From assembly GCF_009914755.1 (NCBI RefSeq), contig NC_060942.1: a stretch of DNA of 64,000 bases; one strand, given 5' to 3'. Below the pieces are notes generated by a model, which saw only the letters and a list, made by a program, of their open reading frames with translations, was not told the DNA's origin and searched no databases. The stretch comes from the human T2T-CHM13v2.0 reference genome, Homo sapiens. The first letter of the stretch is position 1, and each line of letters begins with the position of its first letter. Of this stretch, positions 16,235 to 30,577 are shown one piece after another. The translations under genes were made by a program, and so were the position numbers.

Positions 16235-19109
16235 ATAGCATTAGGAGATATACCTAATGCTAAGTGACGAGTTAATGGGTGCAGCACACCAACATGGCAC
16301 ATGTATACATATGTAACAAACCTGCACAGTGTGCACATGTACCCTAAAACTTAAAGTATAATAATAATAAAATTACAAAAAAAAAACAAAAAAAAACACA
16401 AAATCTATCAGCATTGTTAATGATTTTGGCACATATTACCGAACTTTCCTAAAAATACCAATTTATTATTCATTCAATATATGAGAAGGCCCATCTGTTT
16501 CATAAACAATTCCTTGTCAATTTGTATATGATCTTTTAAAAAGATCTTTATTTCATAGATGAAAATCATGACATTGTTTTTACTTGCATTATGTAAAAAG
16601 TTGAAAATTTTCTCATTCAAAGGATACTTATATGAGATTTTTACTTGTGTGAGTTGTTTCATTGTGACGTTTTCTCACTCTTTTATTTCTATAAGTAGAC
16701 TTTAATAACTATTAATAGTTATTTTTAAATTCTTCATAAAACTTCTAATAATTATAAATTTTATTTGAAAATTAATGAAAAATTATAGCTAAGGCTTGTT
16801 TATGCCAAATGCAAGCATAGAAAGAAAATTGAAATCTTATTATTTTTTGTCTTATTTAAGAATAGGTTTAAATTACGAGGCATAAGCTTTAGAGCCTGGT
16901 CATTTTCTTCTAATACATAGATCTGATTTTCAAACCTAAGGTCCATTTGTTGGTCTTCATCACTTGATAACACACAACCTCCTACCTGCTATGAGTTACT
17001 GATATTCAGACATAGATTCTTAGGAGACAATGCTGTTTTTATGTGTTTTTTGTTGTTGTTGTTTTTAAAGAGAACAAATGGTACATTTTATTATAAAGGG
17101 GAAATTTATCTTTAAATGCATGGAAATATTTGCTAATCATTGTTCCAACTTGGGGTTTTTGAACTTGCTCATTCATCTCCCTGGTTTCTGCCAGCCAGAG
17201 GTAACAGCATCATTCCTGTTAATGTATAATTTCACTCCTCTATGACATTCTTCTTGTTTTCCCATAGTCTTCCATGAACTGCAGTCTTTTTTTTTTTTTT
17301 TTGCTAATCCTTCCATGTAAAAATCATATTATTTGTTTTTGATATATAACTTGTAGCTTTAAAAGTATTATTTCCTCAAAGAAGAGAAAAAGTACCTCTG
17401 CCCTCAAAATACTTTGCACACTTTCTAAAAATTTAAGAACAGCTAATTTGTAGAGTTAGGAAAAGGGAATCTTATTATTTTAGAATGTGCTGAACCATTC
17501 AATATAATGCAGCAAAGAAATTTCAATTTTACCCTCAGACTAATTGCCCAGAAAGAAAAATAAATATACAAGAAAGTTAGCTATGTACAAAGTGGCCAGA
17601 TGATCAATAGATAAGAAAGGCATTTGGGAGACGATGTATTTATCTATTCCTATCCCATCTCATTCTATTCATTGAGGCAACGTAGAATAAGAGAATGACA
17701 TCAATAGTGAAGGAAAAAAGATAAATAGAAAACAAGACTAGAAAAGGATGAAATTAGTACGTATAACCTGCAGGCAGAGGTTGCACATGTAGCTTTAATC
17801 ATCTCAATGCTAAAAGCAAAGAGGGAATACAGATCAGTTTAAGATTCACAGTGTCCATGAAAGCAAACAAGCTGATCCAAGAAGGAGGGCATTTCTTGAT
17901 GCTGAGATGTACACACCCTATCTTGATGGATTTCATTGAAAATGTATTTTTAATATAATAACAAAAAGACTTGAATAAAGGGAAGAGATGTCAGGAGGAC
18001 ACAATGACCTCAGGCAAAATAATTGGGAACACTAGTATATGATTTTCTAGCATTCCATATTTTTCCCTATCAAAGACTTTTGACACTATAGATTCTTGCA
18101 TAGTTTCCTATTTTCCCTGCCAAATGGTGTACTCAATGATAGTTATTCAATGATTATATTCTCATTGCATGATATGTGGTATAGCAGCAATATATTTTGA
18201 GAAAAAAATATAAATACATAAATATTTTTAAAGAAAGTAAAGACATTTGGGACCTGGATTGAGACATGGTACATATTGGTGCTGTAGTGACCCAGGAAGG
18301 CCTGCACCAGGTTTTGTTTAATGATAAGTATATCTACAAGTTGCAAAGACAATAGAGGTATATTGAATGAACCTCAGTCAATCAAATGACTTTCTGCTCT
18401 GTATTACAAGTTGGGCAAGCTCAAGGGCAGTCTAGTTCTAAAGGTCAGTACATTGACATGGGATAACTGAGTGCAGGAGTTAAAAGTCAATAAGGATTGT
18501 TCTTAAATTATGGAATTCTTGGGCTCACTAATGTGTTCGTTTTCCTGGTTGTTGGCTATCCTCAGAAACACTGCCTTTGGGCTTAGGATGGGTATCTGCA
18601 CTCCAACTCTGAATTCTGTCCTCTGCCTCTCTTGAACTTTGCTTACCTTCTTTTATTATTCCTTTATTGAGAACTACCTTTTATCAAGCATTTCCTGAAT
18701 GCTTGGGTTAAAGTGGAAGAGAAATCCACACCCTGCCTTCACATAGCTTGAATTCATAGGGATATAGACATATAAGGTTGAAGAATTGAAATGTTCCTAT
18801 AGTTTATGGGATAATTTCTTGGGAAACCTAGTAGTCGTCCAGCCCTTGCCACCTTACAAGGCTATTTTGTTTTCCACTTTGTGTTGCTAAGTCAAACCAG
18901 AGTCTTACTTGCTTGCAGTTAAACTTGTCACATCAGGTTCTCGAATACTCATTGTGGGAACCAACCCCCTAGTCAGGTGTTCTACCAGTCCGAGAATCAG
19001 TTCATGCATTCCAACCACTGTCCTAGTCTAGGTTATTTTCCAACCTTCCTGGCCTGCTCTCTTCTATTGCTCCAGTAAACAGTATGGTTTACTGCATTTG
19101 AAAGCCAGG

Positions 19110-19280
19110 AAGAATTCAGCAGAATTCAGCTCTGATACTCATCAGGAGTGTGACCTTGCAAAATTATTTAACCTTCTGATCCAGAGTCTGTGAATAGGAA
19201 TAATAGTGCCTTTCTCTAAAGGTTTCTGTGAAGGTCAAAGCAGATGAAATGTTATTCTCTCCCAGTGTCAGGCATAGCAG
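19110..19280 (+). mobile_element. MIR
   Basis: cagctctgatactcatcaggagtgtgaccttgcaaaattatttaacct...gaataatagtgcc. Confidence 0.6.
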
Positions 19281-19772
19281 CCCTTATTTCCTATCTCAGT
19301 TCCTGAGAACATAGGTATAGCCAGTAAACTATGCCTGAAGGAAGGAAGTAGAAGTCTAGGAAACTGAAAAATAATTCAATGAATTTATAAGTTGGGATGA
19401 TTTCCCTAGGCAGTACCCTTAAATAATCCATTGAAAGCTGTAATTTATTAGTAATGTTTGGGATAAAGTGACTTATCCTTTGGGAAATTTAAATGATGAT
19501 GTAGTTCTCATAATCATTGTTGCTTATTATCTTGTATTCATGTCACACTTCAAAATATGGTGAGTTAACTCTATGTAGAAACAAAATTACAATAACTAAG
19601 AACACCCAGGATTGGTAATTGTTTTGTATTCAAATCTATTAAGACGTTTATTATCTCATCTTTGCATAGAACTTTGTAAAATATTTAGTGATTAATAAAA
19701 AACTTCAGACAAAAAGGTTTGCCGTAAAGGAGAAAAATGTAGTTTCTCTCATTTTTTGCAATAATGCCAATT

Positions 19773-19806
<34 letters not shown>

Positions 19807-19823
19807 TGTGTGTGTATGTGTGT
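19773..19823. repeat. Interrupted (TG)n microsatellite
   Basis: Read directly. Confidence 0.95.
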
Positions 19824-21134
19824 AGTTTTGAATAGCACTAAAGTTTAGGGTGTCATTGTACTTTCTAAGTGTTGATTTGTGTTTTAAATCCTCCAGCTGG
19901 TCTAGCATAAAGCAGCAATTTAGTTATATTTTTATTCAGTCACTCCCCCACACTTGCTCACACTTGCTCTTCCTAGGGCTATGAGCCTTTATTAAGGTTA
20001 TAAAATGCTTTGACCGTCATCAAAGGCACAGTGACTTCCCTTGAGGTCCAAAGCATTAATGATGAGGTGAAATGCAAAATCATTATTGGAGGGCTGCATC
20101 TCTCCTACCTCAGTAGCTATTCAAATCATCCAATTGAAAGGTAAACCTATCCAAAAGCTAATAAAGAATTCTCCCCAGCAGTTGAAATATTGGACAAATT
20201 GCTTTTCAACTCATGATAGGATGTTAACTGGGTGACAGCCCAATGCTGCTGGTTAACTATATTCCACCTCTGTAAGCTGGGTAATTGATGGTCTTTAGGT
20301 CTGAAGGTCAACAGTTGTTGGTGAGTTTGCAATGAGAAACTTTACCATGGAAATAGGCCAGTGGTGAGTGTTTATGACTTGTCATTGTTTTAGCGTCAAA
20401 GTCTCTATGAGGAAAGCCATACTCATTTAGGGGTAGTGTCACATTTGCATTCGACAGTTTATGAAAACTTGAAGTGTACTGGTGGAAAATTGAATGGTGA
20501 CAACATGAAAAAGTGTTACTTATGTGAAAATCAGTTTATAAAGACTGGATCTCATTCCCTTCCCTTCAAAAACAAAGCAGTTTGCACCAAAGTATGTAAC
20601 ACTCATGGGTGAGAGTGGTGACAAGTAAGTGTCTCCAGTAAAATCAATCTGTTTATTTCATCACAGATTTGAAGACTATATTAAAAAGGCTCATGTATTT
20701 GAGAGCTACAATAAATCATGAAAGTTCATCTTGACCAGTTATTGTCCCACTTTCATATATATAAAGTTACTCATTAGTTACATGGTTAAAAAATGGGGAA
20801 GTTCTTTAGGAATACATCAAAATTTGGATTCCTTATAATTATCATATTTATAGTGAGGCAGGTGCTCTTGGGCTTCGATTGCGTAATGCAATAATTTGAT
20901 GTATACCCTCGAAAGATAAAATACATCCCATTTAAAAGGGATCTAAATAAACAACTAATTTAGGGGTATCCATCTAATTCCTGTGTCCACAGAGAACCCG
21001 GATCTATATAGGTGAAAATGTAAGTTGATAATTGTTGTCAACACATCATAATACTTTTTTGAAATAATATATTTACTGATAGATATAAAGATCAAATTAT
21101 TTGCTTTTGACTGTTTGTTTTGACACGAATAAAG

Positions 21135-21247
21135 AGAAACAAGGCGGAAGCTGTGATTGGGCTAAAGGAGCTGAAAACAAGAATCAGAAAGATTAGTTCC
21201 ACTCTAAATCTGAACATTAAAAATGTATCCTGTTAGGTCAGAGCATA
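21135..21247 (+). repeat. Copy A of a ~114-bp local direct duplication
   Basis: Aligns by eye to 22189-22303 at roughly 88% identity. Confidence 0.9.
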
Positions 21248-22188
21248 CCTAAAAGTAAAGTGACTTGTGGAAAGTATATAAAATCTGAACTTTTTGTTAA
21301 GTTTAGAGAACTAAATTTAACCCCTAATGTTTGTGTAGGTCTTGGTACTGCCAAAGCATTTCCTCATATAAACTGGGCGTTAGCACGTAATACACAGAGC
21401 ACTGGACTGGGAATCAGAAGACCTGGTTTCTCAGAATGACTCAGACAATATCCATAACAAACTTAAATAGTTATTCTATTTGCCAAGGTCCTTAATTTTT
21501 TATGATACCAGATAATCTTTAAGGCTTCTTCTAGGTTCAAACTTCATGATGCATGTATGTTCATTACCGTTAAATGTGTATTGTACACAAGAAATCCATT
21601 AGGCTAGTGTGACTAGAGTTATGTACACTTGGACTTTGGGCATCTTGAAGGCAGGAGGTCTGCCTCCTAAAGACTCAACCATCTGTTTCCTCACTTTTGG
21701 AGGAGCATATATTTTTAAGGTAACAATTGAAAAAAAAAGTCTAATAAGGAGAATTTTAAGGCAAATTTACCTTGGACCTAGTTAGCCTGTGGTGTCCTAT
21801 ATAGAGTTAACTTCAGACTGGGCAGCATTTGGGTAATGCCTTCTAAAGGGTACCCCTCCAGACAGTGTTTGGACTCTAGTTTCTCATGGAAAAGAGGAGT
21901 GAAAGGAGAAGCTGAAGAACTAGTGGAACTTATGTCTGTGTCTTCAATATTTCCTATAGATGAATACAGAAAAACAAGAAAGAAACAAAACTACACCAAG
22001 CAATGCATTCAACATACTTGAAGGTAGAATATGGCTTAATTTTTAAATAAATAACTGTAATCACAAAAGAAAGAAAGACAAATGAAAACAAACAAGAAAA
22101 CACCAAACTCTGGGAAGTTCTTTTATGAGCCTGCCATGGCACAAGACTTTGAGATCAAACGAGAGCAATCTGAGGAAAAGTGGAGGGA

Positions 22189-22303
22189 AGAAACAAGAGG
22201 GAAGCTGTGATTGGGCTAACGTTGATCTAAAAACAAGAATCAGAAAGAGTAGTTCCATTCTAAATCTGAACACTAAAAATGTATCTTGGTAGGTCAAAGC
22301 ATA
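22189..22303 (+). repeat. Copy B of a ~114-bp local direct duplication
   Basis: Aligns by eye to 21135-21247. Confidence 0.9.
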
Positions 22304-22727
22304 TATGGTAGGGAAAGAATTTAATAATGTGTGTCACCTGACATGGCAGCCCCCCCAGAGCTCCTGGGGAAGAAAAAGACCAAAAGTGAGAGAGAAACAT
22401 CTTTTGTCAATTAAGTGGCAAGAGAAAAAGCAAAAGGGGAGATAGTAGGGCTATGCAAGATAAAAAAGGACAAACAAACAAACTGGAGGACACCAGTTTT
22501 TCCCTCAATCATAAAAAGTAAAATGAAAATCACTAAAGATTCTAGACTTTCATACCGTGACAGAAGAATATGCCATTATAAGTATTAATTTTATAAACCA
22601 CCCCAAATCCACAGAATAAACAGAAGACAAATAAATCTAAACAAAATTACTGTAACACATCAGAAAATATGTTTTAGCACACTTCAGCTGATAAAGATTA
22701 TTTTTTTCCCTGTAGAAACATAAAGCA

Positions 22728-23012
22728 GGACTTACAGTCTCCAGTCCAGCATGAAAGAAGCTTAGAAGTGACTGCTCAATCCTAACAAGTAAAAAGTTGA
22801 AAAAACTGAAAAATCAACTCTTCTTAAATCTGTAAGGGTGGTAAGGTCATAGGACAAACTGCTGCCCCCAAAATTGGAGAGACAGACAGGCTGGATACAG
22901 AAAATCACAACTTATTAGAAGCAGAAACCCATGAACAGAAACCTCCATTGAAACTAGAGCAGGGGTAGAAAAGCATGAACTCTAACTGATGAATTGCTGG
23001 AGGCTGAGTGCT
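22728..23012 (+). mobile_element. Ancient L1 5'-end fragment (L1MC/L1MD 5' type)
   Basis: ccagtccagcatg...gcttagaagt...aactgaaaaatcaactcttctta...caaactgctgcccccaaaattggagagacag matches the recalled L1MCa/L1MDa 5' end. Confidence 0.65.
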
Positions 23013-24861
23013 GAAGTAGAAAGTACAATAAACTTATTGATTGTTGTATAGGCAATAGGTAGGATTTAAAGTATACTATTAAAAATCAACAAACCAGAGA
23101 GTAAAGTGTTAAATAAGAAATCAGGGGACAAAAGAAATAAAATAATAAAAAGAAGTTAACTAGTTAGATTATATAAAAACATAAGTTGCGTGTATGTGTA
23201 TGCATGTGCGTGTGTGTGTGTGTATTGCCCGAGAGTATATTGGGGCATACTTTTGCGGGGTGGTTCAGTGAGAATGCTCTTCCTTCAGACTTGAGTAAAT
23301 GCTGTTGAAAGCACAGGTATCACTAGCATAGAAAAATATATGAGTGTATGTGCACAAATATGTATATATATACACATATATAAATTTATCTCTGCAATGC
23401 ATTGTTTTTCAACTTGGAATTGAGAATGTATGTGATTTTTATTACATGAAATGTTGTTGCTTTGACAGAAATGGCAAGTGGAACTAACACTGTGCAAACC
23501 CTAAGCACAGTTGCTGTGTTTATCTCTGTAATAGTGATAATATGATTAAGGGAATACAAAATATGTAGGATATGGACTAGCCATAGTGCTGGTGGCAAAA
23601 GGGAAAGAAAGGACATTACTCTTGAGCAAATGAGAGATATAGTCAGTGTTGGATTTCTTCTGGTATGTTTGGGTTTTAGAATTATATTCTTATAGCTTTC
23701 TTAACAACCACTATTTATTAAAATTCTTTCAGAGGAAAAACAATAAAGAAGCTTGAAACACTTACTTTAGCCTCACACCTGCTTTTCCATGAAGTGCCTT
23801 AATAAAATGTTTTATTATCAAAACCATTGCATCTTAGCAGAAAACACATTTTAATTGCATGGGTTGACAAAAGGTGACTCATTATTTTGCAGAATATTTT
23901 CCCAGCCAGAGTCTGTGACCAGCTGCTCTTAGAAAAGCTCTTAGGGTTGAGCTTTTCTCTTACATATCAGAGCCCAACATATTCCATACTTTCAAAATAA
24001 TTGCAAAATAAGTATACAAAAGTGTGAACTACTTTTTATTTTTAACAATTTATATAGAGATCCAGTTCTCCCTCTTTTAGACACATTACAGGTTGTCAGT
24101 TCCCTTTGTTGTTTATAGCTCCATAAAATTTCAACCCCCATGAACAAAAGAATATGCTAGTCTATAGAACTGAACTTAAATTATTTTGCTCCTACTCAGA
24201 AAGGTAGTTTAATTATTTCACAAACTTCCCTCATTTAAAACGAATTTATTCTGTCTTTGATGCTTACTATAAATTGCAACCATGCTTCATTCTAATATAT
24301 TCTATTACTATTTGGATCCTCAGAAGATTTAAAGGGTGCCAATTTCCTGTACGATTTATCAGAAAATATTTAGCAATTCTGTTCAGAGCAAACTTATAAA
24401 AATACAACAAAAGATGTATTACATTGTTTTCATTTTAGCATGTTTTCAGAACTGGTAACCTAGTTCCTTCTTGCTTCCTTTTGACAAGAGTAAGTTTAAA
24501 ATTAAATATTAACCCTTCTCTCCATAAAAATACACATATGTTATTTATTTAGGATGTACCAGTTATAAAATTGAGTTTCATATTTTTCTGCAATGCCTAA
24601 TAAGGATTATCCTTCCTTATTAGATTTGATTCTCTTTCCTCATCAATTTTATTTAGTAGCCCTATCACCTACTCCCGTCTAAAAAGAAAATGAAAGACAC
24701 TATTCCCTGGGTGGAAGAGGGAGGGTTAAACTTTCTTCTAGCATTTCTTTCTGTTTTCCAAGAGAAGGTATCTAACTAACTGGTGGATCGAATCCCAGAG
24801 CACTGACTGGGCCATGCACACCCAAGTGTTAGGTTTCTGTGTGTAAGAAGGCCATTCATAT

Positions 24862-25221
24862 TGTGATGGTCAATTTTATGTGGCAACTTGACTAAGCCAT
24901 GGTGCCTAGTTGCTTGGTCAAACAATGGTCTACTTCTTATTGTGACTATTTTTTGGCTTTAATAACATTTAAATCAGTAGGCTTTGAGTAAAGTAGATTA
25001 CTCTTGATAATGTGAATGGGTCTCAGTCAATCAGCTGAAGGCCTTTAAGAGCAAAGACTGAGATTTTCAAAAGAAGGAATTCTAGCTCAAGACTGTAACT
25101 TCAATTCTTAGTTCAATCTCCAGCCTGTCAGCAGCCTGCCCTACGGATAATTTCTCTCTCTTCCTCTCTCTCTCCCCGCCCCCACTACTGGTGTTGCCTC
25201 TGGAGAGCCCTGACAAATACA
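24862..25221 (+). mobile_element. MLT2 (ERVL) solo LTR
   Basis: Starts TGTGATGGTCAATTTTATGTG, ends CTGGAGAGCCCTGACAAATACA, and contains caatcagctgaaggcct. Confidence 0.85.
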
Positions 25222-26014
25222 CCTGCTAGTGGGTCTCTCATATCCATTTTCTCTTTGTATTTGTCTGGTGGAGGAAGTTTACTACACAAGGCCCACTCTT
25301 TCATTTATATTTGTTCTGTGTTGTCATGCCCCTTCCATTTCATATGAGTACTCTACAAATAAAGATAAGAATTTTTCCTCAGAGGTAAGAAATCCCCAGA
25401 CTATGAGTCCAGAGACTCCTGCATGGTGTCTTCTAGGCACCTGGCTAAGACAAAGTGATCCTTCCCCTAGTGTGTGTGGCTCCCTTAGGACCACAGATAA
25501 TGCCAAATATCATCCAATATAATTATAAATCTTACATAATATGCCAACATATTCTAATGCCTAAATTTGTTGGAGATTGAGAGGGGAAGCTCTATGTTGT
25601 CTGAATCTGTCTAAATCTGGTTCTAACATAAGATGGAACCACTCTGGGCAGAAGATAGAAAAAAGTGGCAGAAAATCTCACCTGTTGAGGTCTCACTTTG
25701 CTCTAAACCCAAGGCATTTGTTCTACATTATTATATTATTTAACATCATTAAACTCACGCCATAATCCTGTGAGGTAAACATTGTCATGAGAACACTCAA
25801 GATCACAGAGCCCTTAAGTGTCTGAGTTGACAGCCACTCCAATAAAGGAACACCTGCTCTCATAGCTGTCACTGTTTGTTCATCTGCTGGCTAAGGTGAT
25901 AGGGGTCCATAAACCCACAACAGAGGTGAGGATTGGCCTTAAATGTTAATTTTCTGAAGGTATTTAAATTATATTCTTCTAGAAGTTTTATTCTTCTAAC
26001 CACATAATGAAGAC

Positions 26015-26415
26015 TGTTGTCCACCAAAATCCACGTTCTTTCAAAATTATGGAGTTGGACTAAGATTCAGCTGTGTTATTGCAAACTGCATATCTTAGCC
26101 CTCTTAGCAACAAAGCGTTGCTATGTAAATGAATTGACATGTGGCCTTTCAGATTTTGGATATCTTGCCATACTCTTTTTTCTCTCCCTACTGGCTAAGA
26201 TGACCAGGGCATGGCCAATCATGAAGTCATTTTCTGCAGATGGCAATGGCACCGTTCCCCTGTGTCTCTGAATCATGACAAAAAGGGAACAACCCACTTG
26301 CCAAGAACACCTAACCTGGACTATTACATGACTAAGAAACAGACTAGTATATCTCTTAAGTCACTGAATAATTGTTAGGTGTCTTAATACAACAGAATAC
26401 CTTAGTCTATCCCTT
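26015..26415 (+). mobile_element. MLT1-type LTR relic
   Basis: Start tgttgtccaccaaaatcc; gcccctcttagc-like body; end ctcttaagtcactga...cttagtctatcc. Confidence 0.5.
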
Positions 26416-28644
26416 ATATTTTTAGTTAGTTTAATTAACATATAACATTTTACGATATGAAAATATAGTACCCTAAAATATTTCATTGGTGAACTTATTG
26501 TGATAATTAAATAAATATATTTATGCATGATGAAAATTAACTGTCCAGTGAATAAATTGGGGAAAAAAGATTACATCAAATTGGTTGAAGGTCAATATGT
26601 TTAAAAAAAAATTAATTGGTAATATTTGACTGTTTTTTCCTTTCCAGTGTATTTTAAAAGCAATATGTAGATTCAATGCCATATCAGGTGTGTGCTCAGT
26701 CTATATATGCAGGAGTACTTTTATTTCTTTGCTGCTCTTCATTATAGCTATGTCCTAAGCTTATCTCAAGCAAATTATATTTTCAAACTCATTAATAACA
26801 AAAAATGAAGACAGTATCTCCACCATTTGCTTGTTCATTTAATTCATATCATTGACTTCTCTGATGTCTTTTAATATGGCAGACTTTTATTACAGATGTT
26901 GGGTGAAGTCTCACTGAAAATTGGGCAATGGGATGGATGAATTCTCATAAGCATTTCAAACTTCCTCTAACATGGTTATTTTTATTAAAAAATTATTACA
27001 GAAAGGCCTTTCCAAACTTACTATTTTTTACTTACTTAGATAGCAGATCAATCTAGTGTCCTAACAATACACTTACATTTGTTTTCGTGAGCATGGAACA
27101 GGTGGGCACATATAAGAAATGTTAAGCTTCATCAGTCTGGCTGAATATAGATTTCCATGTGGTGATTTTCAACATGGTAAAGGGAAGAAAAAATTGGTCT
27201 AGCAACATAGCAAAGGCAGTAACTAGATAATTTCAGTCTTCAGCTCCCACCTTAGCCCACCTATAAACTTTTTTCTTTTTATTCTTATCTTCTACTTTTA
27301 TCTTTCTATGGCCCCTAAATTCTCATCTGTGAGATATAATTTATGAAAACATCCATTGGGTCCTATAAATATTTTTAATAAAAACCCATTTCACTTGAGG
27401 AAAAAAAATACAAAATCCTTAACTTGGCTTCCAGTGAACACATTTTTTCCCATGCTGGCATGACTTCCAGTTGTTCTATATGTTTTCAACATTCCTAAGC
27501 CACAGTGACCCTTGTGTTTTCACTGTTTTTTAAAACATTGAGTACTTTTTTCCCTTAAGGCCGTCTCACACACTGTGTCCTTGGCAGGAATACTTTTTTT
27601 ATCCACTCTTCTCTCTGCTTCAAGTTAAATGACACTTCCTCAAAAAGGCCCTTTCCAACCAAGCTTCTGTGTTATAACTTAGCACATACCGGAATTGTAA
27701 TTTACTTTTGTGTCTGATATTAATTTTTGTCAATTTTCTGTAGTGAATACCTGTTGGTTTGCCAACTCAGTATTCCTTCCCATTTTCTATGAGTAGAAAT
27801 ATCTTTCTGGCAATTTCTTTCCTCACTCAGCCTTTGTGAGATATCTCCTAAAGATGTCTTTTCTGTTATAAAATTGTAACCATCAACTACAATTTTCTAG
27901 TAGAGAAATGGATGCCTAAATATAAGACTTTTCTGCTAGTCACAGTTGATTGAAAAAGGGCCAGAATTTTTCCATAGGATTTTTAAAACACAATTATCAT
28001 AGTCAGTCTTCTCTCAAGAAGAACTCTCGTGCTTTTAGCAGCCTTGTTTCTACAATTTGAAGAAATACAAGATGTCTACAATAGAAGAGAATGAGGCTAA
28101 CATGCAGAAATCAGATATGAGAAGGACACTGAGAGTAGCAGCAGTGAGTGAGTTCCTGGGACTAGTTCTCCCAGAAACCAGGTTATAACACTGACCTTCT
28201 TACAGAGGTACTGATTTTATGAGGTACTCCAGTGTCTAGATAGCTTAAGTTGGACTGCTGTTATTGATAATCAAGATTGTCCCAGGAGCTGTACACTTGA
28301 CAAAGTCACAGTGTGTCTCTCTTAAGAGGATGCCCGATCTTTCTATTTTCTTTGAAGCAGACATATTTGCATAATTTTGCAAAGGAAGCTCTATATGTTA
28401 AGGGCCTATTAAACTACAAAGGACTCAAATACTAATAATTAAGTTTCCTTATTTCTATTTAGACCTTCAATGATTATGTGAAGGGCTTTCATTTTGTTTT
28501 AGGTTGAAATCTGAAAAATGTCCAGAGTGTGGAACTTTGCTTAGTACCTTGATTAAAGCCAACCATTCTAGATTGTTTTCCCTATTATGTTTCTTTCTAT
28601 TCTCCCAAAACATAAACTCTTATTTAAAAATATGTTTAAAACTG

Positions 28645-28938
28645 TTTTTTTTTTTTCTGACAGAATTTCGCTCTTGTTGCCCAGGGCTGGAGTGCAATGG
28701 TGCAATCTCGGCTCACCACAACCACTGCCTCCTGGGTTCAAGCGATTCTCCTGCCTCAGCCTCCTGAGTAGCTGGGATTACAGGTATGTGCCACCATGCT
28801 CGGCTAATTTTGTATTTTTAGTAGAGATGGGGTTCTCCATGTTGGTCAGGCTGGTCTCAAACTCCCAACCTCAGGCAATCTGTCCGCCTTGGCCTCCCAA
28901 AGTACTAGGATTATAGGTGTGACCCACTGCACCTGGCC
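28645..28938 (-). mobile_element. AluSp-like
   Basis: Antisense dimer with tttcgctcttgttgccc, gcaatgg, ctcacc and ttctccatgttggtcaggctgg. Confidence 0.9.
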
Positions 28939-29623
28939 ATAAAAATGTACTTTTAGTAAAATGTATTTATCTGATTTGTAGCATTTAAGACTTCCTATAT
29001 TTGGTTAGCTCAGGTATGGTTGGGGGTGGGAAGGAACTCGACTATTTTGGTACTTTTTCCTGAGACTATTTTGCTAATGAAGGCTCCACAGATCCAACTG
29101 AGTGATGTAAAAATATAGGCTCCCTCTGTCTCTCAAAATTCCCACCCTGGGACCATACTCTTGCCACCTCACCATATGCTTAGAGTATTTCAGGGAGTAA
29201 AGTCAAGTTGAAACAACATTTCCTACTGTTTCACCATGATTGTTTGTACAACAGATGTAGGCAATCCATCAATGCCAGGAGGAACTGAAAGGAAAATGTT
29301 CTCATGACCATAGACACCAAAACACAATCTTAAAATTCTGTCTTAAAAAGCAACAAAGAGCAATATTGGGCCCCTTTTAAAAAATAAGTATATTAATATT
29401 AAAATATTTAAATGATCCATTTGGAAGTAGATTGAACATAAGCCAAATGGAAATAAAGATTGGATAGGTGAATAATTGCAATAATGACAATGATAACATG
29501 TAACTAATTATAGATTACAAAACGCTTTGAGCCAGGCACGCATTTAATGTGTACAGCAGTTCACATGAGGCAGTGTTTTTAGAGATGAGAAAAATAAAAT
29601 TTAGTTAGGGGAAGTGATAGAAC

Positions 29624-29772
29624 TAGTGTTGTCAGATGAAATACAGGGCATCCAGTTACATTTGAATTTCAAATTTTTTTAAGTTTAAATATGTCTCAAA
29701 TCTTGCGTACTTATCTGCATTCGAATTTAGCTGGGTGCCCTGCATTTTTATTTCCCGAATCTGGTAACCCTA
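29624..29772. mobile_element. MER53 palindromic MITE (internally deleted), inserted in a minus-strand MIR (about 29540-29815)
   Basis: Inverted ends tagtgttgtcagat...atctggtaacccta, with inner arms cagggcatccagttacatttgaat / attcgaatttagctgggtgccctg. MIR sequence resumes on both sides. Confidence 0.8.
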
Positions 29773-30577
29773 GATATGATACAACAAGATCACACAGTTA
29801 GTGATTGGCAAAGTAGGTAATCCTTAACAACCAGTGGAAAAGGTAGTAGCTGACATGAACTTTGAAGTCTCTAGTGTACACTCAGGTGGAATTATTGTCA
29901 TTGGCAGGGCATTGCGTGAGACGTAACTTCACACCCCAGATTGCCAGGTGAGAAACTAGTTTGAAATTGTCCCTGACCGGGCACATATTCTATTGAGCCT
30001 TTTTGAAATATGTGTGGTATGTTGACACAGGTGGGGATTTACATTAATTGTAAAGATTTCTTCAGTGACTACCACATCCACCAATGGTTGAGGGTTAAAG
30101 ATCTCTTCAAGTACAATGTGTGCTCTGAGATATTTATGAAGAACTAGCACATAATTAAAAAAATACTAACCAATGGGTTTCAAGTCTGAGCTTGGACTCT
30201 GTTAGGAAACAGATTCCAGAAGGGACATTTTGTGGACAATATAGAAACAAGGCCCTCTACTTTTCTGAACTTGTCAAGGGTCACTGTGGCAAGTAAGTGA
30301 AGACTTTGGTGGGCTTCTTGATTCAGTCTTCAAGGCAGACACTTGTGGATCCTACTAAGTACTACATATTGTTCCACTAATCACAGTTTTTAGGTTCTTG
30401 AATCTACATATGAGTGCAAAGACAAATAGGTAAGAAACCTATAGATTTTGTCAATGGAAGTTCAAAAATCTGAGTTATTTGTTTCAGAGTGAGCAATCAT
30501 AGAGAAATTTCAGAAATGTACATATGGCTTTTTTTTCCAGATGTGGCCAAAACAAGAGTTCTATAACTTACTTTATA

